Shown piece after piece: positions 31,014 through 43,505 of a stretch of DNA of 64,000 nt. The stretch covers positions 205,344,001 to 205,408,000 of the forward strand of contig OZ024741.1 of the NCBI GenBank assembly GCA_964016885.1, given 5' to 3'. This DNA is from Eledone cirrhosa (taxonomy: Eukaryota). Numbering within the stretch: the stretch's first letter is position 1; the number at the start of each line of letters is the position of its first letter. The notes beneath the pieces are model-generated. The model was not told the DNA's origin. It did no database searches and saw only the letters and a list, made by a program, of their open reading frames with translations. The position numbers were made by a program, and so were the translations under genes.

Positions 31014-31373
31014 TACCAGGGTGCTGAAAAATTCCTGGCTTTGGGTAAAAGAAAATACAGGAGGATCAGTTATGATTTTATTCAGCATATTCACACACTT
31101 ATTGCAGTGGTCCTACCTCTCCTGTAGAGTTAACAGCTCTACCCTTTCACGATACCCTTAACCCTTTATACATTACTCTATATTTACTATTGTATTTTCA
31201 CAGTAAAGGCTTTACCTCATATAATATTGAATCTATGAGATTTTGATATTTATTTTGAGAACAATACCGTAATATGAGTGGCCAGTTTGAACAGAAAGGT
31301 GAGAGAATTCTGCCCAGATATGGCCAGTTTAAATAATATAGGATTAAGCCAGGAACTTTTCAGCACCCTGGTA
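31014..31373. mobile_element. Tc1/mariner-type MITE (TA TSD) with a nested piggyBac-type MITE at 31158-31347
   Basis: TA-CCAGGGTGCTGAAAAATTCCTGGCTT ... AAGCCAGGAACTTTTCAGCACCCTGG-TA. Confidence 0.8.
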
Positions 31374-31985
31374 AAGTGTAAGCTATAAGAAATGTCACAA
31401 AATAGTTATAGCAGCCACTAAGGATATGTGTTGAAAGGAAAATCCAGCGGGCTATCCAAAATTGCCAGATATTTTCAAAAGGCGCTCAAAAAGACAGTGC
31501 ACTGCTGTTGTTTGTTATACAGAAAAGGAGTAGGAAGAAACAACATACACTGTAAACTAGAATAGAACAAAATATGTAGTGGTGTATGTATATATATATA
31601 TATGTTATACTTTGGGAAGGTCATGCTCCCAATAAAAACACATGCACCTGTTGGTTTTCCCTTCAATTTATTATAAATTTCCTGTTGGTTGGTTCAATAA
31701 CCAGATGGTTGTTTATATATTGTCAAAGCTCTTTCGTCAAACATACTGTGACCTCCTCAGTGACTGATTTCTTACTTTGTGTCTCTCCTTTCTGTCCTAC
31801 ACCATCTTGTTTTTGTGTGTTGTGTGCTGTTTTATTGAACCAACCAACTGGAAATTTATAATAAATGGAAGTGAAAACCAACAGGTGCATGAAACTCCCA
31901 AAGTATAACAATATCTGTTTCAACACACGTTTTCAGATAAGAAATCTTGCAAAACAAATTAAAAAACGAAGTATATATATATATA

Positions 31986-32667
31986 TATATAATGTAAAAA
32001 ATAATTTGTTTTAAGAAGGCTAAGGTAACTCAAAATGGACTGTAAAATTTAGTTTAAATGAAGGCAACGAAGAAGCTTGTGTGTTATCTCATATTTATTT
32101 TTTTTATTTTTTTCCATCCTAATATTTTGAGATTTAAAAATCCTTTCCTCAGAGTGTAGGGAACTCTCAGAGTAAAACATTCTGGCCTTGTCACTTTGAT
32201 ATTTGTTCCAAATTTAAAATTTAAAAATAACTTTTAAGTGTTGTGTTCTGACATTTACTGTAGTATCTGTGAGAAGCAGGAGGATGACGTCGATTGCCAT
32301 ATATAGAATCAAAGTGAAGTAAATTGCTTGTGTTAATTGTTGTGTTTAGGCTGTGAGTGTAACCTTTTATGTGAAGTATTCTGTGCTGAGTTCCAACCTG
32401 TTGTTGATCTGTGGATATAAGCAATGCTTCTTTTATTCTCAAGTTGCCACATTTCTCTCTCTAGTTATGACTGTTATGTTTTTGTTAGTGTTTTTGCATT
32501 TGTCAATGTGTTTTTTGAATGAGGATGTGTGTATGCTGAATTGTTCTTTAATGTGGGTAAACATACAGGTAACAAACTTCTTTGTTGCCTTCATTTAAAC
32601 TAAATTTTACAATCCATTTCACATTGTCTTTAGCCTTCTTAAAACAAATCATTTTCTACATTATACT
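31986..32667 (-). mobile_element. Penelope-like remnant: GIY-YIG C-terminal fragment between ~100 bp inverted repeats
   Basis: Minus strand HIKEQF..TSSFKKHIDKC..ITVITRERNVA.LRIKEALLI (frameshifted). 31986-32095 is inverted relative to 32572-32667. Confidence 0.65.
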
Positions 32668-32714
32668 CTATACACAATGCTTCAAGAAAACTACAACATT
32701 CTATTATATATATA

Positions 32715-34235
32715 TGGGACAGATTCAGTGGAGTTCACGGTGGCTATGGCTATGGCTCACGGAATGAAGAGGGATTGGAGCTCCTGGAATACTGTGATGC
32801 AAACAAACTAAACATTTGCAACACAAATTTCAGGAAACCTGCTAACCATCTGATCTCATATCAATCAGACAAACACACAAGCCAAATTGATTACTTACTT
32901 GCAAGACAAGCTAAATGGACTAATAAATACTAAGGCCTTCCCGTCCAACACAAGGTAGTTATTAGGGACATCAAAGAAACACAAGACATGCAGGAAAATA
33001 TGGAGATGGAGGGTTTAGAAGCTACAGGACCTTTCGGTTATTTATAGGTTTAGTAAAGCCCTACAGGATGCATTTCATGAGAAGGATGAGAGCAGTGCAA
33101 GCCATGTACAGAGTAGCTGTCAGTAAAGTGACGAGGTACAGGTAGGAGTTCATCAAGGTTTGGTTCTTAGCCCACTGCTGCTCAACATAGTTCTACATGA
33201 CTTAATAGAGGAGTTTAAAATGTGCTGTCCATGGGAGCTTCTCTATGCAGGTGATTTGGTCCTTATAGTTAACCCTTTAGCATTTACATTGCTCTATATA
33301 TACTATTATATCTACTATTGGATTTTCACAGTAAAGGCTTTACCTCACATAATATCGAATCTTTGAGATTTTGATATTATTTATTTTGAGAACAATGCCT
33401 TAACATCAGTATGAGTGGCCAGTTACAGCTGGTTTGAACAGAAAGAGGTGAGAGAATTCTGGCCGGTTTAAATGTTAAAGGGTTAAACCCATAAAAGAAC
33501 TAGAAAATAAGTTCTGATTATGGAAACAAGATTTGGAACCAAAAGGTCTGAGAGTAAACTTAGACAAAACTAGCAAAACTAGCTCTGAGTAGGAGAGGAG
33601 ACAGGATCCAAATTCCTTCAGAAAAGGAATAGGCATAAACTCCATATGATGAACACAATGTAGTTGGATAACAAGTAGACTTAAGGGAAGGGAGGACTTT
33701 GTATGTAGAAGATTCACAGGAGTAATCAAGAGGAAGAGTTCCAGTGATATAAACCTTTTCCAGTCACAAGAAGGGCCCATAAAAGTGGTTGATAGCGTCT
33801 GCTATCTAAGGTGACTTAATTAGCTGCAGAGGAAGGTGCGCCAAGAGTATAATAAGAATGGGATAGAAGACGTTTAGAGAGCTACTCGCACTGTTGACAA
33901 CAAAAGGACGACTGTGCAAATTGTGATGCTGTTGGTAGTAAAACATGGGCTGTGACTACAGTGAGCATGCATAGACTGGAGAGAAATGAAGTAACCATGT
34001 TTTGTTGGATGTGCAATGTAAGTGTGAGAGAAAGGCAGAGCTTGGAAAATCTGTGTTTAAGAGGAATCCGAGGTGGTGTGCAGGACAGTAGGCGGCATTA
34101 GTATGGACATGTGATACACATGGACAATGACTGATGGGTGAAGTAATGCTGAGAAATCCCAGTGAAAGGAAACCACATTACAGGTAGTCCAAGAAAGACC
34201 TGTGCAGAGGTTGTGAGAGCTGACCTCAAATTGTG
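32715..34235 (+). mobile_element. Degraded RTE LINE (endonuclease and RT fragments) with a piggyBac-type MITE at 33269-33486
   Basis: LLEYCDANKLNICNTNFRKP..SQIDY and VGVHQGLVLSPLL..PWELLYAGDLVL. The MITE is flanked by TTAA. Confidence 0.8.
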
Positions 34236-34249
34236 AAAACTATTGCATT

Positions 34250-34345
34250 GGACTATTACATCGATGTAATAGTCCAATGGATTCAGGTCTAGAGAGCAAG
34301 GAGACCATATGTTTGGGGTGACGTGATCATGGAGATTGTAACTCA
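34250..34345 (-). mobile_element. Tc1/mariner transposase fragment
   Basis: TPNIWSPCSLDLNPLDY resembles the WPPxSPDLNPxD catalytic motif. Confidence 0.6.
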
Positions 34346-35332
34346 TCTATTCTTGAGTGTTAGGTATAGAGTCTTCCTTTCCTCGTTGTCTATCTACAAA
34401 GCTTCCCAACCCTCTCCAACACCATATATTAGGCAACATTGGCCCTTCAGCCTTGAGGAAGTACGTGAAGGGGCATGACATCTTCCTTGCTGCTCTCAAC
34501 TCTCAGAAGCCTTGTGTGCCTGACCGTATATAGAGATTTCTGTGACTGTGTGTTCTAGGTTTAAGAAATGATATGTGTGAATCCGCAAACGCACGCACAC
34601 ATAATTCTATGCGGATTCACACATCATTTCTTAAACCTAGAACACACAGTCACAGAAATCTCTATATATTCTACCCAATGACACCTCCTCACCCCAATAT
34701 ACACCACAGAGAAGCATGACAAACTTCTTGAATTTTAAATTTGGCGCCAGCAGTTGAATACCAAAGCTGACCCAGAAAGGTCGGCCTATCTACCAAGAAA
34801 GTCCCCAGAAAGATCGGCCTATCTACCAAAAGAAATATCACAGATTGATAATTTTATACAAGAACCTTACATTAAATTTTTAGCTGTCGTAAATCAAAGC
34901 GGCTGATCTTTAACTTAGTAATTTGACACCTTAGTCTAGCGACTTAACACAACCAGTTAATACCACAGAGAAGTATCTTCCATCTCTTGCCCCTGCTTGC
35001 CTACAGACACCGTTTTGTACATCATATGCTCACATGGGGTATGAGGTTCGGTTCTGTCGGATATTTCGAGTTTTTTAACTATGCTAAGACCTTCTTTATG
35101 CTAGTGAGTGTAGATTCATTTGTTTTTTTTTTGTATTTTTTGTGTAGTTCATGTCGAATGAAATTATTGTATGTATTAAGGTCCATAGTATATACGTTGT
35201 ATGTATTAAGGTCTATAGTATATACATTGAATGTGAAAGCTGCACAGAGTATATATATATATATATATGAAAAATATGGGGAGAAGAATACTGCCTGGTT
35301 GCACATGGATTACATGTTATAAAATGAGTCCC

Positions 35333-35424
35333 TCATCAGTGATTTGCCAACGATCATTGGTATTTCATCGCATTAAAAATCATATACCTCACGTTGGTGC
35401 GATAATAACTAAAATAAGTTATTA
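35333..35424 (-). ncRNA. Structured RNA motif (kink-turn plus pseudoknot) ending in CTGATGA, copy 1
   Basis: Homologous to 57709-57812 with compensatory changes in three helices (see findings). Confidence 0.55.
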
Positions 35425-36531
35425 GGACAATTGAAACGCGTAAAGCGAGTGAGACGAGTAAACAACACAGGGGAAAGCTAACCAAAGATAGAAAGAAACA
35501 CAAACAACATGGTTATTCTGTCAGTATAAGCTGGATGAATACATGTGCGAGTGAGACACATACCTTCCGCTAGTGAATCCGATGTAAGAAAGAAGGAAAA
35601 TCGTTTTCGTAGCGAACGGGAGGAAGTAAGAAGGGGAGAAACAGAGAGTGAATGAGTGGAAGTGCGAGGAAGAGGTCAGTAGAGAGAAAGTGTTAACTGA
35701 CATGACAGAGGGGACGAAAGAAAGTAAGAGAAACAGAGAGAACGGGGGAGGAGAAAGAGAGAAACACAGAATCGCAGTTTAGGTAAATATATGTGAAAAA
35801 TATGGGGAGAAGAATACTGCATGGTTGCACATGGATTACATGTTATATGGCGATATCCAATTTTAGCGGCCTAAATGCCGCTTACTTGCTGTAGTAGCTG
35901 CTTACTTCAATGTATGAGGCTATTCCAACAAATTTACATTCCCCTTTTTTTAGCCGTTAAAAGGAATATAGATTTATTTATTGTTTTTTTTTTTGCGATT
36001 TATTTGCCACTGGGGCATAGATTTCTTTATTTGCCCCTTTTTTGTTTGTTTGTTTTTTGGCGATATATTAGCCTTTTGGGGTCACACACACCCCCGTAGA
36101 AAGTGTGCGACCTTTCTGCCAGGGAGAACAGAGGGAGGGGGTGCTCCCTTCTTCTCTTACCTGTACAAGCCGATATAGAGAGATGGCTCACTTACACGGG
36201 CCATTATTGCTACTTTCACCCATCTTTCATGGAATTGGCTGGGACTGAGTGCCTTTTTCTCCACAGAAGTTGGTATGTCACCCAAAGTTCGCTTTGTATG
36301 TTCCCGAATAGCAGTGAATTTTGATAAAACTGTTCTAATTCCTTCTCCAAATATCCATGTGTAGTTGAAGAGGATAAGTATGAAAGAACAGTCATTTAAA
36401 TTTACAGATGGACAGATGTGGTGTTTGGCAGGGTTTGAGATATATAGAAAAATAATTATTTACAGAAAAAGAAAATAATAATAAAGAATTATTATAATTT
36501 TTTTTAAGATTTATATCTTTTCGGACTACAC

Positions 36532-36667
36532 ATGGATATTTGTCTTAAAGTGGAGAAGAAATTAGAAACAGTTTTATCAAAATTCACTGCTATTCGGGAA
36601 CATACAAAGCGAACTTTGGGTGAGATACCAACTTCTGTTGATAATATAAGGAAAGAAATCAGTGAAG
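36532..36667 (+). pseudogene. RMND5: RMND5/GID2 (CTLH E3 ligase subunit) first coding exon fragment
   Basis: MDICLKVEKKLETVLSKFTAIREHTKRTLGEI...IRKEISE resembles the RMND5 N-terminus as recalled (MDxCxxVExExxKVLxKF). There is an upstream acceptor TTTTTTTAAG and a phase-1 donor GAAG|GTATTT. No further exons were seen. Confidence 0.68.
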
Positions 36668-36721
36668 GTATTTATTACATTTTGATTGCATTTTTATTAC
36701 AACCACTAATACTTACTATTA

Positions 36722-37145
36722 TACCGAGGGGCCCTGCCCGTTCGGGAAAGGCTCTACAGACACGGATTCCGGGACGGAAACCCCTTGGAAAAGAAATGTC
36801 CCAGATGCGTTTGCAACGAGGAAACTGTGGGGATATGTCGCCGGCCAACAAATGGTCCTCTTCTTCTGATACCACTTCGAAAGAAGGATCAAGGTGGAGA
36901 AAAAGGCACTCAGTCCCAGCCAATTCCATGAAAGATGGGTGAAAGTAGCAATAATGGCCCGTGTAAGTGGGCCATCTCTCTATATCGGCTTGTACAGGTA
37001 AGAGAAGAAGGGAGCACCCCCTCTCTCTGTGCTCCCTGGCAGAAAGGTCGCACACTTTCTACGGGGTTGTGTGTGACCCCAAAAGGCTAATAAATCGCCA
37101 AAAAACAAACAAACAAAAAAGGGGCAAATAAAGAAATCTATGCCC
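36722..37145 (+). mobile_element. Tx1/L1 LINE 3' end (zf-RVT, C-terminus, 3' UTR)
   Basis: YRGALPVRERLYRHG..KCPRCVCNEETV and FERRIKVEKKALSPSQFHERW. Ends AATAAAGAAATCTA like the 41-42 kb copies. Confidence 0.8.
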
Positions 37146-37302
37146 CAGTGGCAAATAAATCGCAAAAAAAAACTAAATAAATCTATATTCCTTTTAACGG
37201 CTAAAAAAAGGGGAATGTAAATTTGTTTGAATAGCCTCATACATTGAAGTAAGCAGCAACCACAGCAAGTAAGCGGCATTTAGGCCGCTAAAATTGGATA
37301 TC

Positions 37303-37337
<35 letters not shown>

Positions 37338-37339
<2 letters not shown>

Positions 37340-37655
37340 GATAACAAAATATCGTTATAGGTAATCCAGTTAGAGGTTGTGAATAGTTCTTATTATGGAT
37401 AGTTTTAGCGTACGGCGTTGTTTGACTCAACAAGAGGTTTACGTAGATGACGAGTTTATGATTTCACTTGTATTCCTATGTAAGTTAATCTTGGAGTAAT
37501 AAAATTGAAAAAGTAGAGAATAACATGGTCAACAGTACAAAAAAGGGGATTTATTTACAGTCTAACAATTGTTTCTCTGATAAAGTTGTCTAAAAATTGC
37601 TGAACACTCAATTTCAAATACAATGCTAGCTCGATCAGACATTCAGAAACTGTTA
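37338..37655 (-). mobile_element. Penelope-like pLTR with a degenerate extended-stem-II hammerhead (37557-37653)
   Basis: Minus strand ACAGTTT-CTGAATG-TCTGAT...ATCAGA-GAAA-CAATTG-TT-AGACTGT. Homologous to 29230-29564. Confidence 0.65.
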
Positions 37656-38636
37656 TAAAAAAAATATATATATACGGCAAATTTACAAATTCGAATTACA
37701 TCATCAATAATGATATTAATAATAAAGATATAGGGAGAGAAAGAGAAAGAAAGGGAGATAGACACAGGAGAGAAAGAAAGGAAAAGGAAAAAGAAAAAGA
37801 AAAAAGAGAAAAAGAAAAAGAGAAAGAAGAGGAAAAAGGTGAAATGAATACAGAGAAAAATATAGAGAGAAGAAAATATATGGAAAAATGATGGTAGAAA
37901 GAGGAGAGAAAAACATAAGGAGAAATAACATAGGAGAGAAAGAAAAATAGAGGGGAAAATAATGATATCAGTAATAAATGAATAAACGTTAATACATAGA
38001 TAAATGTAAATAAAAATAAAAATAAAAATAATAATAAATAAATAAATAAATAATATCTAATATTATAAAATGGTATAAAACGTGAAAAACGAAAAATGAA
38101 AATATTTAAAAAAATGAAAATATTAAAATATTAAAATAAATAAGTAAAAAAGTAAAAATATGCGAAAAAAATTTAAACATATTAAGATTATTGAGAGTGG
38201 TTTTTGAGAATGGTTACAATATAGAGATATACACAGAGATACATGAAGGTATAAATATGATAATGTTAAATATATGTGTGTATTGGTTATTTTAATAAAT
38301 AAATAAATTAATTATATGATAAAATAAAATGCCAGAGATGAAATAAATTTAGGGAAAGAAATATAAAGATAGAGAGAGAAAGATAGAGATATATAAAATA
38401 AGAATGTAAATATAAGAGGTTTTGATGTTGTTCATTGATAGATGATGACAATTATAATAATAATTGTTTCTACTTTTGGCACAAGGCCAGCAATTATCCC
38501 AGTGTATTACTGAAACTTTATTTTATCGACCCCGACAATTATAATAATAATAATAATGATGATGATGATGATGATGATGTGATATTATAACAGATCTAAG
38601 TGGTACAATTTGAGTTATGGAATAGATAAGATGAAA

Positions 38637-39660
38637 TTAAGCTGGTCTAAAGTTCTCAAATTTGGTGGCCGATTTATGCCGACAGAAAATAGTTCTTTCA
38701 ATTTTACTGTTAAGAAGCATTTTGTTGTAATTTAAAATTTGGAAAAGTTCCATATTACAGAGACCGCAGTGGGACATACCAACTTGATAGGCCGTTGCTT
38801 TTGATAGCTTCGTCCAGCTGATTTTATATTCCATGTTTGCATCCTTAAGTTGCCAGATTTTATTGGCGAGAGTCGTGTTTAAGAGGTTCCTGTTAATCAT
38901 AGAGTGTCTGTGGACGTACCACCTTTTCTTAAACTCCCCAACTGTGGAGCCAATGTAATGCCATGCTAAGCTACCTGAATTTATAGTACATAGGTATACT
39001 ATATTTGTCTCTAGGCATCTATTTTGTAAAGGGCATTTGTCAGGTAGATGGCAGTTACATTTAGATGCTTTTCTATGTGCCGGTTCTTCGATATGGGTTT
39101 GTAGGTTGCTATGTATGGGCTGAGTATTGGGTTTGTATTGTAAAGGTGATGTGTTCTGGCGTGTGTTTGGTTGTGATGATGTTATATGCTTATGATTTGT
39201 ATTTGGTGTTATGGTACTTATTTGCGAGCTACTTGTATTATAAATTTTTTTATAGTTAATTTTATGTATGTGCGATTCTATGTTGTTGGCAGTGGAGTAT
39301 GATAGTTTGATAGTTTTTCTATTAAAGATTTTATGATATTTATGAATTTTAGGGAAGTGTTTGTCAACCAATTTGAAGAAAGTGTAAGGTAGTTTTGTTT
39401 TTATAGAGGAGTTAAACATTGGATTGAACCATAAGTAGTTTCTATTTCTGCATCTTCTATAGTTATTAGTGGTCTTTATATTAGTATTCTGTTCATTTAA
39501 TTTGTGTGCCTGTTGCCAATTTCTATGTTTAGTCCTAGCTTTGTTGCTTCTATAGGTGTGGATAGTGTTATTTATATTAAGTGTGTTGTTATTTTTCGTA
39601 TCTGGTATGTATTTGAGTCTCTCTTTATGGTCTGCCTTAAGTAAAGCTATGTTGTATACC
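38637..39660 (-). mobile_element. Penelope-like retroelement ORF C-terminus (linker, Cys-rich motif, GIY-YIG endonuclease)
   Basis: WFNPMF..KHFP...KIFNRKTIKLSYS, CNC..KCPLQNRCL, IVY...HYIGST..FKKRW..H, CGLCNME and LLN..CRHK. Confidence 0.9.
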
Positions 39661-39780
39661 TATGCTGTACCTATACGATTTGGGGAAACATTTATCTAGT
39701 GTATTGAAAAAAAATCGAGTGATTCTAGTTTTTAGCCCTGATAAGTGGTCTTGTTATACCAAAGGACAGTACGAGACCGG
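39661..39780 (-). mobile_element. Second, divergent Penelope linker fragment
   Basis: WYN...LKTRITRFFFNTLDKCFPKSYRYSI parallels WFN...IKTKLPYTFFKLVDKHFPKIHKYHKI of the adjacent element. Confidence 0.5.
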
Positions 39781-41356
39781 GTCTTGTTCCGTCGTGCCTT
39801 GCTTCATTAGATTTTATATAGTTAGTGAGTGGGTTGGGGGACTTTATGTGTGCACTAAAGGATGTTGAGGGGCGTTTAATTTCCCATTGTGACTAGCAAT
39901 AGTGGGGTTATGGCGCCTATGGGTTGTGGTTATTTTACTATAGGTGGAGTCTGCTAAGTTGGTGCTAGACGTGTTCGAAACTATGGCGAGCATATTAAAA
40001 ACAAAAAAAACATAAATATTACACATTAATGCCTGTCTGATGACCACCTCAAATGATTATTATACAATCACTTTGATGCACATAACAGATAAAATGTTTA
40101 CATAAAACCATCTGTCTTTTTTAAAATATTGACACTCCGTCTAATACCTTATAGTTTACAACTGCAATCGGTCGATTAATTGATCAACCAACGTTTCTTT
40201 ACAATGAATTATATATATATATATACAAATCAATTATCGAGAATCGGAATCTCGGCCCACGAAATAATGAAACACAATCTTCGAAATGCGTGGCAAAGGG
40301 CTCAATAGTTTGGATAAACCAGAGCTATAACTATCGTTTAAATACCAACACATAGAGACAATGCTTAAAATCATTCGCACAGCCGAAAAAACGACCAGGA
40401 AAATTCGGGTCATACAAATAAATTAAATGAATGAAAAATCTTACCCGGACCCGCTAGAAGGATGTTAAATTCTAGCTTTTTGGTTTCTGCGGTTCCTAAA
40501 TCAGTTACCGTCAGCCTACATAAAAAATATCTGACTTCTGGCAAAAAGATGAACGAGGAAACCACTTTCTCAACAGGCATTTCGTTCAAAAATACAAAGG
40601 CATCCGTTACTAAATCCACGTGGGGTCTAGCAAGGGAGGGAACCCCTATATTAGGCGAATGAATTCAGTAGTGTATATATTTGTAAAAATACAAAATATC
40701 ACATATCGAATTAGAGTTCTCAACAGACGGGTTAAAATTAACAAGAGCTATTCATCAGTCAATAAGATCAACTAAAAAATCAATAAAATTAACTGGTCAA
40801 TAGCTAAAGACTGGAGATAAATAGAAATAAATTATCGAGAATATGTGTGTGTGTGTGTGTGTATACACACACATACATACATATATATATATGTATGTAT
40901 GTATATATAAACGTAAGGAAATTAACAAAGAAAGAACAAGACAACGAACGAAAAACAATTTTTTGAAGGGAAACCTTAAAAATAAAAATACAAACGAAGG
41001 ACACAGAACTCTAGGGTCATCGGCCGTTGAGAGAGAGAGATAAAGAGGGAGAGAGAAACAGAAATAGACAGGAGATAGGTAAATAGTTAGATAGATGGAA
41101 AGAAGCAGAGATAGATTGAGGGGGAGAACGAGAGAGAAAGGGAACGATAGAGAGGGTGAAATAATGGCGTAGAACAATTTCAGGGGAAATAACTCATTAA
41201 TAGAAAAGAATTTTAAGCAGGGGAGCAAACTCAGTAGTTAAATGTTTTAAACAAAATCCAGAAGATGAGACAATTAGATTCGCGCAGACACACAAACACA
41301 CACACACTCACACACACACACACACGCACACACACACATACATATATATATACAGC

Positions 41357-42219
41357 GATAGATAGATAGATATATTTCTTTATTTGCCACAAGGGCGCAC
41401 AAGAAAAGGGGACAATACAAAGACATATGCCGGGGATTTTACATACAATCGTGTAAAAAATTCTAACACAAATTCAACAATCGAAATCCCCAATCGAAAT
41501 ACTCGAAAGCAGTTGTTCCGCGTAGTTCCACAGGTCGGTTACGCCCAGGCAGTGTACAATTGCGTGCAGGGCGGTTTCAATGTCCCGCTCGCATCTTGGA
41601 CACGTCCTCTTGGAAGGATCCCTGCCGGGGGGCCCGTGCCTGTAGTTCTTATCGCGTACTGGTAGAGCTCCTCGGTAGCACTGCCAGGTCAGGGACCTTT
41701 GCAAGTTGTCCATAGGTCCCGGGCGGAAAGTCTTACCGAACAGACTCGTGAGCTTCTTCGACGTCCAGAGTCTCTCCAAGCACGTCGTCGCACTTGCAAC
41801 GTATTATCCCTCTACAGAATGTCGAAGTGGAGTCACCACTGATTGCTGTGCCCGCCTGACAGAAGTCTGTGAGCGCCTGAGCGCATTCAATATGCCAGGG
41901 GCCCATTTTATTCGGTCTCCGTTTGACCCAGGACTGCAGCTCCGTCAGCGAGACCAGTTAGGGAAAGGCTTGTCTCACAAACGGGGCCCACACCGGCTGG
42001 TCGGTGAGGAATACCTGGAGATGCCATAGCCCCAGAGCGTGTTTGTGCATCATCAGCCACGGCATTCCCAGCCCTCCGTTGGAAGGGTGCTGGCAGCAGA
42101 CGGATCTCCTCATGGTAGTAGATGACGGACTGTATGACAGTGTTCGCCACCTTCGCTCGACCTTTCAAGGATAGTTTGCACTCTGCCCACTTCTGGGTGA
42201 ACGCAAATACCTTGGCCGT

Positions 42220-42220
<1 letters not shown>
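41357..42220 (-). mobile_element. Truncated, internally deleted Tx1/L1 copy with a (TATC)n tail
   Basis: KGRAKVANTVI, LTWQCYRGALPVRDK and TCPRCERDIETALHAIVHC. The 3' end matches that of the element at 42290. Confidence 0.88.
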
Positions 42221-42280
<60 letters not shown>

Positions 42281-43257
42281 GTAGATAGATTTCTTTATTA
42301 GTCACAAGGGCGCACAAGAAAAGGGCACAAAACAAAGACATGCCGGGGATTTTACATACAATCGTATAAAAAAATATAAAACAAACAATTATAACAATCG
42401 AAATCCCAATAGTGGTGAGGCGCCACAAATGGGTTGTTAAATACCCCGTCGATAGGACAACCCTCAACTTCAGGAGCGTGTTGTGTAAGTGCTCCTTTCT
42501 TCCTTTTGCTCTCTTCTTCAACCTACAGGTTTATATACAGAGAAGGCCCAATCACTCGGGCCATTTTTCCACATTCACCCTCCTTTCAGTAAATTTACTG
42601 GGGTGCAGTGCCTCTCTCTCCACTCTGATTCTCCTTATAAAGTGATACTTAAAGAAGGGAATGAGTTGTTGTCCGGAGAGAAAGACATCTGTCCTCAGTC
42701 CTCTCAATCTCGTCCACCATATAACCTCTTTCACCATAGCCAGTATACAGAGGAAAGCCGCCTCTCTTTCGTTTTTGAAAGAAGTTGGCGGTTTGATGCT
42801 TACTATGGACTCGGCAGTCAACTGGATTTGTCCCATACGCGACAGCGGTTGTTCCGCGTAGTTCCACAGGTCGGTTACGCCCGGGCAGTTTCAATGTCCT
42901 GCGCGCATCTTGGACACGTCCTCGTGGAAGGATCCCTGCCAGGGCGTGCGTGCCTGTAGATCTTGTCACAAACTGGTAGAGACCCCTAGGGTAAAAAAAG
43001 AGAATTAATTAGAGTTACTTCCCGTAGGCATTATAAATAGATGAGACTTGTGTTTCTCAGGCTCTTATTCGCTGCCGGCCTCGTTCTGACGAGCAGCTCT
43101 CTATACTCTTGCGACTACTTCGGAACTGAACACTATATGTACAGAGCATATCACCTCTATCTTGCATGCCCGGGTTTCTTTCTCTTTATTACTCAAGTGG
43201 TTGGTTACCAGCGGTATCTTCCGGAGAAGATTAAACCAATAAACCAATTCACTAAAC

Positions 43258-43269
43258 TGGTGACCCCGA
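43258..43269 (+). promoter_or_regulatory. Primer-binding site, tRNA-Trp type (inverted copy near 45219-45230)
   Basis: TGGTGACCCCGA, directly after the LTR-like segment with AATAAA and upstream of gag. Confidence 0.75.
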
Positions 43270-43505
43270 AAAAAGAACAACCGCTAAAATTGGACTCCTT
43301 CGTTTTGAACACGATATTTTTCTGAAAATTATCTCTCGTATCTGTTGTTCGACCAAGCTTTCGTTTTGAAGTCGCCATCTTTGTGACACATCTTTGCTTG
43401 TTCGGTGTTACTTTTACTTAAGTTATCCATGGTACTACCACGTGTGCGGTAGTTGAAAAAAAAAACGACGAAGCAATTTCTCGTTCAGCGTCCACTGTAT
43501 CAATT

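Larger units (their letters stand above)
35845..37309. repeat. ~1.46 kb fold-back (inverted duplication with deletions in the left arm)
   Basis: 35845-36263 is inverted relative to about 36893-37309, and about 36264-36370 is inverted relative to about 36520-36637. Confidence 0.92.

Noticed and set aside
36668-36942. Remainder of the 136 aa ORF as a single protein
   Set aside because: It is a chimera of intron and out-of-frame Tx1 sequence.
40700-40765. Minus-strand CTGATGA as a hammerhead
   Set aside because: No convincing GAAA or stems I and III.
43041-43325. Signal-peptide-like 94 aa ORF
   Set aside because: It lies within the LTR/leader repeat and the inverted copy is interrupted.
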